Source: an uncultured virus (IMG/VR IMGVR_UViG_3300003860_000003)
Lineage: Duplodnaviria > Heunggongvirae > Uroviricota > Caudoviricetes
Virus record (IMG/VR): IMGVR_UViG_3300003860_000003
Coordinates: 62,001 to 126,000 of that record
Length of the DNA: 64,000 nt
Reading direction: 5' to 3' (one strand)
Part shown: positions 19,023 to 27,289 of the stretch, piece by piece
Numbering within the stretch: position 1 is the stretch's first letter
Layout: every line of letters begins with the position of its first letter
The notes under the pieces: model-generated
What the model saw: the letters and a program-made list of their open reading frames with translations, nothing else
What the model was told of the DNA's origin: nothing
The model's database searches: none
Translations under genes and position numbers: made by a program

Positions 19023-20917
19023 AGATTATTAACAATTGCTATATTATGTTCTGAATTTAAGTTTTTGGCTGTATAGCCTCTAACTTGAATATTTAATGAT
19101 GATAATTTATTTTTTGTTAAACTATCTTCGTAAAATACGCCAGATACATTTTCAAACCCTCCTCTAATAATAGGATATACATCTTTTATAGACACTTCAT
19201 TTCCAAATGCATCTTTAACATATCTTTCAAGAATAATATCACCATAATCATCAATTCCATAATGATTTTTATATACTTTATCAAAATTTTCTTTTGCTGC
19301 ATCAAACCATACATTTACAGAATCCACTCCATCTAATCCTTCAATAATTCTTACTAAATCAGAAACAGGAATTCTGTCTCTTCTTGTATTTTGTAAAAAA
19401 TAATCAGAAGTTGCTGAAATAATATTTTGTCTTACGGTATCAAAAGAAGCTCCTTCCCATAATATAAGAGACATATTTAAAGTGAATCTTGGAAATTGTA
19501 AATCTAATATTACATTATCAACTGTTAAAATTCTTTGACCACTTTGTTCTATTAAATCTAATATTGCTAATTTTTCTCCATCTGATAATGAAAATGCAGC
19601 CATATTACAATTATAATAATTTTCTCCGGGTTGTATTCTTTTATTTATATCAGGAACTAAAAATAAGTAAACTGTATTATCATCTTGTTTTTGTTTTTCA
19701 AGTGCTGCTTGATAAGTATATAATTGTTGTTGAGCATTATCTAATTCAACTTTTTTAGCAGTTGCTTGTGTTGAAGTTACTCCGTATGTTGCAGTTAAAT
19801 TTCTATATTCTGTACTTATTTTTTCATATGTTGTTTGAGCTTGATTATATTTGTCCAGCGTATATTGATCTTCAAATGTTGCAAACCCAGGAATAGCATC
19901 TATAACAGTAAACATATTTAATCTTCTAAGAAAATAAATATAATTGTTTGTGTTTGCAAGAACAAAACTCCTTGACATATTTGGAGCTAATAATCTTGTT
20001 AGATAAAGCGGTTCTTCTTGAGCACCAAACATTATATCATTTTTTATTGCAATTGAAACATATTTATTAATATCAATTTCTTCTCCATTAAGTGCATATC
20101 CTTTAGTTATAAATTTCCATATATTTGTAGTAGGAGTAGTCATACTGTTTATATTTCCAGTTTCTCCATCAGTAATAAGATGTTCAACTAATATAGTTGA
20201 ACCCATTCTTGGAGCAGCACCGTTATAACCATTTCCAAAGAAAATGTCTATTCCTCCTGTTTGTCCTGTTTTAACCATAACTGCAGGTTGTTGTATAGTC
20301 ATGTCTAAAATAGAATCTACAATAGCCCATTTAACTCCATCAACATAAACATTTACGTAATAATTATCAATAAATGCACCCTTTTTATTTTGAAAATTAA
20401 ATGATTGTAATGCATCTCCTGTTCCAGTTGCTTGTTGAAATTCTATTTTTCCTTGAACGATATTAACTTCAATATAATTTGTAATATTTGTTAAATCTAA
20501 TCGTGTTTCTTGTCCCGGAAGAATAATAGTATATGTTAAGCCATTTTGACTATTTGTAAGTTGAGTATAATTAAGAATAGAAATTACATTTGCATATGTA
20601 GGAAGTTTAGAACCATTATATGATAATGTTAATGTTCCTCTTGCTGCCATAGCTCTTGAAGGATTATGACCAGTTAAACTTGCAAGACCTTTTATACTTT
20701 GTGGTCTTGATGCAGTTTTAATGTTTAATTCAGTTACAGAATCTTCAACATAAAATAAAATCATTCTTCCATAATGAAGAATTACTTGAAGTAATTGTCC
20801 CATAGGAGAAGCCATTGTGAAATATTGTCCAAGGTCTCCATAGGTATTTGTGATAAATGTAAGAGCATCTTGATAAAGCTCTGACATTCTCACGCGAGTA
20901 GTCTGAAATAATTCCAT
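19019..20917 (-). CDS. Baseplate wedge protein, gp6/J-like
   Basis: TASRPQSIKGLASLTGHNPSRAMAARG; VYVDGVKW...IFFGNGYNG.AP..GSTI.VE.L.TDG..GN pattern. Confidence 0.8.
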   Translation of the reverse strand: MELFQTTRVRMSELYQDALTFITNTYGDLGQYFTMASPMGQLLQVILHYGRMILFYVEDSVTELNIKTASRPQSIKGLASLTGHNPSRAMAARGTLTLSYNGSKLPTYANVISILNYTQLTNSQNGLTYTIILPGQETRLDLTNITNYIEVNIVQGKIEFQQATGTGDALQSFNFQNKKGAFIDNYYVNVYVDGVKWAIVDSILDMTIQQPAVMVKTGQTGGIDIFFGNGYNGAAPRMGSTILVEHLITDGETGNINSMTTPTTNIWKFITKGYALNGEEIDINKYVSIAIKNDIMFGAQEEPLYLTRLLAPNMSRSFVLANTNNYIYFLRRLNMFTVIDAIPGFATFEDQYTLDKYNQAQTTYEKISTEYRNLTATYGVTSTQATAKKVELDNAQQQLYTYQAALEKQKQDDNTVYLFLVPDINKRIQPGENYYNCNMAAFSLSDGEKLAILDLIEQSGQRILTVDNVILDLQFPRFTLNMSLILWEGASFDTVRQNIISATSDYFLQNTRRDRIPVSDLVRIIEGLDGVDSVNVWFDAAKENFDKVYKNHYGIDDYGDIILERYVKDAFGNEVSIKDVYPIIRGGFENVSGVFYEDSLTKNKLSSLNIQVRGYTAKNLNSEHNIAIVNNL

Positions 20918-20918
20918 A

Positions 20919-21623
20919 TTATATTTTTATTTTCTTTTTACAATTTTCTCCATGCCATCTTGAATAATTAGCTTTATCTACTAATGTTTTACAGTATAGA
21001 CATTCTATTTTTTTATATCTCATTTCATATAATTCACCTATATATTTTCTTCCTTTATTTTTTTCACTTACTCTTTTTTTTCTTTCCTCTGGCCATATTT
21101 GTCCTTCAGCCTTTTTTCTTATTTTTTGTTTTGTTTCTTCATTATGATGTTTTCCATACATTCCATTTTTTTCTCCTGAGGTAGAATTACTTATTTTTTG
21201 TTTAGCTTCTTTTGTGTGTAATATTCCTTCGTGTGATTTACTCATTCTCTTTTTTGATTCTTCAGTATGAGTTTTTCCTAACCATCTTTTATGACCTTTA
21301 TTAGCTTTACTTATTCTTAATCTTCCTTCCTTTGAAATACACCCACTAGCTCCCCATCCACCAGTTGGGCTTATATTATATCCATTAGGAACTAATGTAT
21401 TAAATTCAATTATATATTTTGCTTGAGCAGCAAATGCTTCTTGTTTTGTTGGAAAAAACTCAAGAATTTTTCTTTCAAAATTATGTATTCCATATTTCTT
21501 TTTTGCGTTTGTAAAATTACCGCTTCCTAAATACTTATCTTTTTTTAAGTTATCAGTTGAATGTTCTCCAACATATTGTTTTCCGTTAATTAAATTGGTT
21601 GTTATATATACAAAATATTCCAT
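20919..21623 (-). CDS. GIY-YIG (Seg-like) homing endonuclease with NUMOD3 repeats
   Basis: YFVYITTNLINGKQYVG, YLGSG, PNGYN; GKTHTEESKKRMS-type repeats. Confidence 0.85.
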   Translation of the reverse strand: MEYFVYITTNLINGKQYVGEHSTDNLKKDKYLGSGNFTNAKKKYGIHNFERKILEFFPTKQEAFAAQAKYIIEFNTLVPNGYNISPTGGWGASGCISKEGRLRISKANKGHKRWLGKTHTEESKKRMSKSHEGILHTKEAKQKISNSTSGEKNGMYGKHHNEETKQKIRKKAEGQIWPEERKKRVSEKNKGRKYIGELYEMRYKKIECLYCKTLVDKANYSRWHGENCKKKIKI

Positions 21624-21639
21624 TTTTTATATTTTATTT

Positions 21640-21915
21640 TTAAAAGGGCAAATCGTCCCAATTTTGTTCTTCTGCTTGATGTCTAGCAATATCCTTTTTT
21701 AATATTTCTCCAGTTCCATTGCAATAATCATATGGAACTTGTATAGGACATCCATAACAATCATGTTCTCCTGTTCTTGGATCATAACAAAGAGGATCGT
21801 GTTCATCTGTATATCCATGGCCTTTACAATAAGGACATACTACCTTTCCTATGTTCATATCATCAATAGGATCAGTTCCTTCTTCAAATTTTTCAAATAC
21901 TCTTTTTGCTTTCAT
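21640..21915 (-). CDS. Tagged small protein with DnaJ-like CxxCxGxG zinc finger
   Basis: EKFEEGTDPIDDMNIG, then CPYCKGHG...CYGC...DYCNGTG. Confidence 0.7.
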   Translation of the reverse strand: MKAKRVFEKFEEGTDPIDDMNIGKVVCPYCKGHGYTDEHDPLCYDPRTGEHDCYGCPIQVPYDYCNGTGEILKKDIARHQAEEQNWDDLPF

Positions 21916-22277
21916 TATTTAACTAATATTCCTATCAATCTTTGATCATCTACAAAAACATCTATAATAGCATAATCATATCCATCAGCACGTCCAAATG
22001 AAACTGTAGGCGTTATTTTAAAATCTTTTGTTTCTGATATATAAATATCAAATTGGGATTTTATTTTTTCTTCTAATTGAATTTTATTTACGCGTGTTTC
22101 AAAAATTAAATCTTCTATACCTAATCCAAATGCGATATCACCCATTACTTGTCCAGGACGAGTTCCAAATAACATTTTTATTTTTGCGATAATTGATTCT
22201 ATTGCATCTGAATGTTCTAAAACACCGTATTGAAAATTGGGATCGTCTACAGAGCGTATATAAATATCCTTTATCAT
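21915..22277 (-). CDS. Baseplate protein, gp25-like
   Basis: IKMLFGTRPGQVMGDIAFGLGIEDLIFE matches the gp25/gpW pattern. Confidence 0.8.
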   Translation of the reverse strand: MIKDIYIRSVDDPNFQYGVLEHSDAIESIIAKIKMLFGTRPGQVMGDIAFGLGIEDLIFETRVNKIQLEEKIKSQFDIYISETKDFKITPTVSFGRADGYDYAIIDVFVDDQRLIGILVK

Positions 22278-22290
22278 TAAATACTTTTTA

Positions 22291-22301
22291 TTTTATATAT
22301 C
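22291..22301 (-). promoter_or_regulatory. Candidate promoter box GATATATAAAA
   Basis: Between a terminator and the gp25-like gene. Confidence 0.55.
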
Positions 22302-22314
22302 TTCTATAAAACGA

Positions 22315-22335
22315 AAGGGAGAAAAATTCTCCCTT
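22315..22335 (-). terminator. Intrinsic terminator hairpin
   Basis: AAGGGAGAA-AAA-TTCTCCCTT immediately at the stop of ORF 22334-23707. Confidence 0.65.
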
Positions 22336-23707
22336 ATTTTTTAACTCTTTCTCTGTATTCTGATTCTTTTTTATTTGCATAATCGTGAGCCTTATCATAA
22401 GACCAATGTTTATACTTCATTAGATTTCTTTCTGTAAATTCATGTTGTAGTATTGCTCGTAAATCATTCGGTTTCATCATAAATACATCATCTATCCAAA
22501 TTTCATTTTCCGGTATCCATTTTTTATATCCGGGTAAGCTTGTTACATAATGATGTCCTCCATCTGTGAATCCATCGAAATTTAATCCTGGTTTTTTATC
22601 TCTTACATAATCTGCATTAACAGCATAAATTTTGACGATATCACCACCTCTATCTTTAATAGTTTTTAATATTCTTTTATTAAGTCCGGGCATTTCTCTA
22701 TCTTTTGCTAACTGTTTTTCTGCTTGTGTAATTGATTTAGGCTCATTAATTAAACTTTCTTTAACAGGATGTGGAGCATAATAAAGTAAATCATCTAAAG
22801 ATTTATCAATAAATTGATATTGAGGATTTACTTTTTTCGCTTTTTCAAGAAAAGGTATAAATGCTTTTTTAGCAGATTCAACAGTATCAGGCATATTATA
22901 TATCGCTCTTCTACTAGCATCTACATAATACATAATAGCTTCATTAGATTCTCCTAATACAAATTTATTTTCTTTATACATTCTTTGAATAGTGATAAAT
23001 TCTGTTGGAGATTTTTGCCACCATTTATCTTGATATTTTAATTCTCCTAATTTTTCCAATCTTCGAGCCATTTCATCATGAGTCATAACATTATATGTAG
23101 TAACATATAAATCTCCATTTTTATTTACAATTGCACGTGAATCGGGAGAGAATTTTTCTAAAGAAGTGGGATTTTTCATTACGTATACATGATTACTAAC
23201 CTTATATACAATTTTATCTCTATCTTCTTTTTGTTTTCCTTCAGCTTCTTTTTCCTCATATCCTCTTTCAAAATCTTCATGTTCTACAGGAACACGAGAT
23301 AAATGTGGATCTTGTCTCGTATATTTATCTGCTACACCTTCATTTACATTATAGCCAGGAACTGTAAAAAAGACTTCTTCGTCTCTGTCTAATACAACTT
23401 TGTAAGTTTTAAGTTTTTCTATTTGTTTAAATATTTTTGAAGCTTCTCTTATACATCTATCTTTTGGATATGCCCAAGATGATTCCCATGCATTATTCTT
23501 ATTATACCAAAAAAAAGAATGACGTATGAAAAAATCTTCTAATTTTTCAGACATTTTTTCACAACGAAGTAATAAAATATATTGAGTTTCTTGAGGTGCA
23601 AAAGAATAATATATACGTTTCATTCCTATACCCATATCTTTAATAGGATCAGATTCTTCTCTAAATTTTTCGTTTATTATATTTTCTCTAATTAATTTCA
23701 TATTCAT
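22334..23707 (-). CDS. Tagged multi-domain protein with C-terminal zincin-like domain
   Basis: N-terminal tag; internal VNE and LINE sites; C-terminal EIWID...ILQHEFTE...AH. Confidence 0.7.
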   Translation of the reverse strand: MNMKLIRENIINEKFREESDPIKDMGIGMKRIYYSFAPQETQYILLLRCEKMSEKLEDFFIRHSFFWYNKNNAWESSWAYPKDRCIREASKIFKQIEKLKTYKVVLDRDEEVFFTVPGYNVNEGVADKYTRQDPHLSRVPVEHEDFERGYEEKEAEGKQKEDRDKIVYKVSNHVYVMKNPTSLEKFSPDSRAIVNKNGDLYVTTYNVMTHDEMARRLEKLGELKYQDKWWQKSPTEFITIQRMYKENKFVLGESNEAIMYYVDASRRAIYNMPDTVESAKKAFIPFLEKAKKVNPQYQFIDKSLDDLLYYAPHPVKESLINEPKSITQAEKQLAKDREMPGLNKRILKTIKDRGGDIVKIYAVNADYVRDKKPGLNFDGFTDGGHHYVTSLPGYKKWIPENEIWIDDVFMMKPNDLRAILQHEFTERNLMKYKHWSYDKAHDYANKKESEYRERVKK

Positions 23708-23717
23708 AAGTGGTTCA

Positions 23718-24452
23718 TTATGAAAACATCATGAACCAATCAGCTGGTGAATCGCTCTTAATTTTATCTTTTAATTCTTTTAATTCTTCTTGTCCTTCTA
23801 TTCTTATATCATTATAATTTATTTGAATGCCTCCAATAAGTGTATAGTTAAATGTTCCAATAATTCTTGCTAATTGTACTTTTGCTTTTGCTATTATCCA
23901 ACGTATAAAAACAGGATCATCATAAAGATCTTCATTTGGAATTGCATTTAATGTTGTAAGCCAAAGAGATTCTACTGGATCTCTACCTGTAATTATTAAT
24001 CTTTTTGTATTTATACTAAAATGATGATTAATATCTCTTAAGTTAAATTGCTTTGCCAAATCCCAAAAACTCCATTGAATTGTTCTGTATGTTATTTGAT
24101 CTGAAGAAAGAGGAGTCAAATATAAATCAGCTGCCATTAATCTATCAAAATTCATATCTGGGTCATGAATACCAAAAACTCTTTGGCCTGAAGTCATTTC
24201 GTAAATATATTTAATTGCCATAACGCAATCAGGTAATTGAAATGTTCTTGTTGACCTCCATTCAGATGTTTGATAATACTTTTTATCTAACACATAATAA
24301 CCATCTTGTACTGCGTCTCGATATTCACGGTAAAGCCATTTAGATTCTAAATCTATTAATCTTAATATTTCAGCTTCTGGTACAGAAAATGGAATAGAGC
24401 ACGATGCTGTGATTTCTCCATTAACATATTGTACAACTTCTTGTTTAGTCAT
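23718..24452 (-). CDS. Neck/head-completion protein, gp13-like
   Basis: C-terminal WIIAKAKVQLARIIGTFNYTLIGGIQINYNDIRIEGQEEL..L resembles T4 gp13-family proteins. Confidence 0.7.
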   Translation of the reverse strand: MTKQEVVQYVNGEITASCSIPFSVPEAEILRLIDLESKWLYREYRDAVQDGYYVLDKKYYQTSEWRSTRTFQLPDCVMAIKYIYEMTSGQRVFGIHDPDMNFDRLMAADLYLTPLSSDQITYRTIQWSFWDLAKQFNLRDINHHFSINTKRLIITGRDPVESLWLTTLNAIPNEDLYDDPVFIRWIIAKAKVQLARIIGTFNYTLIGGIQINYNDIRIEGQEELKELKDKIKSDSPADWFMMFS

Positions 24453-25886
24453 TTATTCTTCTTTTTTTAGATATTTTGTTCTATCATAAAGATTTCCATA
24501 ACCTATATCATCCGATTTCTTATTCATCTTTTTTATCCAACTATAGTCCCGGATTTCTTCTACTTGAACAGCTTCTGTTTTTTCAGGAAGTCTTTCTTTT
24601 TTAGTAACCATTGTGCTATCTTCATCAAGGGTAATATTTTTACCAGGTGTTGCAAATTTAATTACACTTTCTTTAATAGCGCAATTCACAATTTCTTCAT
24701 TATTAATTATATAAGATTTAATAACTTCGTTTTGTTTATTGATACTTACACCTTCAAGATATGAATTTATAGCTTTATTTCCTTGAACAAATTTTGAATT
24801 ATATACTCTAGAATTAACTACATTACAATCTGTGAATGTGCAATTTTCCATAACTCCTGTAATTTCACATTTAACAAAATCTAAATTCTTTAATAATGTT
24901 CCTCCTATATAACCTTTTCTCAATTGAAATCTTCCAACCTCAGTATCATAATTAAATTGTCCTTCTCTTAAATGTCCATTCAATATCATTTCAAATAAAG
25001 GCTTTCTTATTAAATTCCAATACGTTTTAAGAGTTTGATTTGCCATTTTTAAATCAACATATACTTTTATATTTTGAAATTCTTTCAAGAATATTTCAGG
25101 ATCATAATAACTCATTTGAATTTTTACAAAATCTTCAGTTAACCTTTTCATTTCTTCAATTTCAAATAAAGTATATTCTTCTTCATTTAAGCTTTGATAA
25201 GTTTTAAGAATGAAATATTCTAACAAATCTTTTATTTCTTTAGGCTTATTTGCATAATTTTTTCCACCAATATAATTACATTCAAGAATTCCTCTTGTAT
25301 AATTAGAAAAATCTATTCCATAATAAGTTGCAGAAGGTAAAGTTAAAATATAGTCTATATTTTGAGCAATTTCAGTTTCATTAACATAAGTGGATACGGG
25401 TGTTAATGTTTTTATAGATAGCGCGTACGGTGAATGTTTTTGTTCTGGAAATCTTGAATACACAAAGCTTTCATCAAATTTTAGCATTAACTTCGTAGGA
25501 CTCATGTTTGAAATTGTAGAAAGTGTTTCTAATTGGTGATGATTAAAGGATAGAGATATCTTTAATACTGTATCATGGGCAGTCTCAGCGCTTTCTGATA
25601 TCCATTGAGTAACACTATCAATAATTGGGAGAATCGAATGATAATTCTGAGGAGCTAATAAAAATTTATAGCGAGATCTTTTAGCTTCGTATTCTTTCAA
25701 TAATATCGCATCTGAATACGTAGGATAATATTTAGTTTCATTAGTTAATAACACGTTTTTAGAAGTACGATTAGAGAGATCGTTCACTATGAAATTCGAT
25801 TCTTTAGTAGAATAGAACTCAAAAGTAAGTCCGATATCTGCGTAATTTAATACTTCTAAAACTGAATATGACTTAGGTTTGCGCAT
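24453..25886 (-). CDS. Amidoligase-like (COOH-NH2 ligase fold) protein, apparently catalytically degenerate, with C-terminal beta-helix-like tail
   Basis: IGLTFEFYS ... YYGIDFS ... LECNYIGG.NY align by eye to the GxEFE / YxxINF / EFRxxGG motifs. Confidence 0.55.
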   Translation of the reverse strand: MRKPKSYSVLEVLNYADIGLTFEFYSTKESNFIVNDLSNRTSKNVLLTNETKYYPTYSDAILLKEYEAKRSRYKFLLAPQNYHSILPIIDSVTQWISESAETAHDTVLKISLSFNHHQLETLSTISNMSPTKLMLKFDESFVYSRFPEQKHSPYALSIKTLTPVSTYVNETEIAQNIDYILTLPSATYYGIDFSNYTRGILECNYIGGKNYANKPKEIKDLLEYFILKTYQSLNEEEYTLFEIEEMKRLTEDFVKIQMSYYDPEIFLKEFQNIKVYVDLKMANQTLKTYWNLIRKPLFEMILNGHLREGQFNYDTEVGRFQLRKGYIGGTLLKNLDFVKCEITGVMENCTFTDCNVVNSRVYNSKFVQGNKAINSYLEGVSINKQNEVIKSYIINNEEIVNCAIKESVIKFATPGKNITLDEDSTMVTKKERLPEKTEAVQVEEIRDYSWIKKMNKKSDDIGYGNLYDRTKYLKKEE

Positions 25887-27231
25887 GTTGTTTATTATAT
25901 TTATTTAATCTTCGTTTTAATATAGACACTATAAATTTCTCGTCGTCTATTTCTCCGTTTTTATCTCCCAATGTCCATCTCTCTGTTTGACAATCATAAT
26001 TTTTATCATTGTCATCCCACCAATCTAATTGATGTCTCCAAGACGCCCAATCATCGTCTAACACAATCTCAAATTCAAAATTCACATCATTTTTAGAAAA
26101 TTCTACGTTAATAGCGGGTATATGTCCTCGTTTTCTACGATCAATATTTATTTTAGAATATCCGTGTAGTTTAAGATACCCTTCAATAGTATTTTCATCC
26201 CACCCAATACCCATATCATGTATAGGATCTGATTGTTCTTTAAACTTTTCGTTTAACGATTCTATTATTATTTCTCGCCCATAATCATGATTTTTTTCAG
26301 TTTGTTCTACTTTAGGATATCCCATTTTTATTAACTTTATCCATAAATCTATACAAAGAAGATTATCAAATATTACTTCTTTTTTTCTTAAAGTAATATA
26401 TTTTTTACAATAATCTGTTAAAGCGTACCAATATTTATATTTAAATGCGCCTTGATGCGCTTCTTTAGGATATACAATATCATCTGGAATTTCTTCTGTT
26501 TTAAAAATACTAGGTATATATAATAGAAGAAAATCTAATATTTCTTCTTTAGTTTGAAAATCTTTTTTACGAAAAACTCCGCCTATTCCCATATCACGTA
26601 TAGGATCGGATTCATCTGTAAATTTTTCGTTTAAAGATTCATCAATACCCGACATTTCACGCCATTTGTTATATAAATTAATATCACTATAACATTCGTC
26701 TGCTGCATCATCGGGCTCTATTTGATTTTGAAACATTTCTTCTAATTCATCATCAGCGATTTCCATGAAAAGCTCCGCATCTTCTTCATATCCAAAAACT
26801 TGATTTATATAAAAATCTTTTACTTTGTTAAACCAACGAACTTTTCCAATTCCTAAATCTTCTGTAGGATCAGATTCTTCTCGAAATGCTTCATGTATTT
26901 TTTTTCTTGCTTTCTTTAAGATATATCTTTTAAAATTCCCTGGATTAAATCCAAAATCACCTCTTTCACCATTTATTGTAATATATTTTGCACAATATTT
27001 TTCTATTTTATTAAAGAATCTTGGCTTTAAAATCCAGTCTTTATCACCTTCGTATATTATTTCTATAGGATCTTTGATATTTATTATCATTGGTGAAATT
27101 TTATAAAGATAAGGAAGAAATTCTTCTTCTGTTTTAAACTCTTTCCTCACATTTATTATACCTATACCAAGATCACTAATTGGATCTGTTGATTCTTCTG
27201 TAAATTTTTCGCTGATATAGTGTGCTTGCAT
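25873..27231 (-). CDS. Four-tag polyprotein
   Basis: Tags at about 27160-27231, 26845-26898, 26581-26640 and 26203-26262, separating ~90-125 aa domains. Confidence 0.85.
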   Translation of the reverse strand: MQAHYISEKFTEESTDPISDLGIGIINVRKEFKTEEEFLPYLYKISPMIINIKDPIEIIYEGDKDWILKPRFFNKIEKYCAKYITINGERGDFGFNPGNFKRYILKKARKKIHEAFREESDPTEDLGIGKVRWFNKVKDFYINQVFGYEEDAELFMEIADDELEEMFQNQIEPDDAADECYSDINLYNKWREMSGIDESLNEKFTDESDPIRDMGIGGVFRKKDFQTKEEILDFLLLYIPSIFKTEEIPDDIVYPKEAHQGAFKYKYWYALTDYCKKYITLRKKEVIFDNLLCIDLWIKLIKMGYPKVEQTEKNHDYGREIIIESLNEKFKEQSDPIHDMGIGWDENTIEGYLKLHGYSKINIDRRKRGHIPAINVEFSKNDVNFEFEIVLDDDWASWRHQLDWWDDNDKNYDCQTERWTLGDKNGEIDDEKFIVSILKRRLNKYNKQHAQT

Positions 27232-27245
27232 TATTTACACATTTA

Positions 27246-27257
27246 TTTTATATATTC
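27246..27257 (-). promoter_or_regulatory. Candidate promoter box GAATATATAAAA
   Basis: Between the S1 terminator and the four-tag polyprotein gene. Confidence 0.55.
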
Positions 27258-27263
27258 AACGCG

Positions 27264-27285
27264 AAAGGAGCTCTAAGGCTCCTTT
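27264..27285 (-). terminator. Intrinsic terminator hairpin after the S1-like gene
   Basis: AAAGGAGC-TCTAAG-GCTCCTTT. Confidence 0.65.
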
Positions 27286-27289
27286 ACTT

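Noticed and set aside
705..27231. Tag as a RiPP leader or secretion signal peptide
   Set aside because: Cargo domains are folded-protein sized, no intact modifying enzymes or transporter are seen, and the tag has no hydrophobic core. Not fully excluded.
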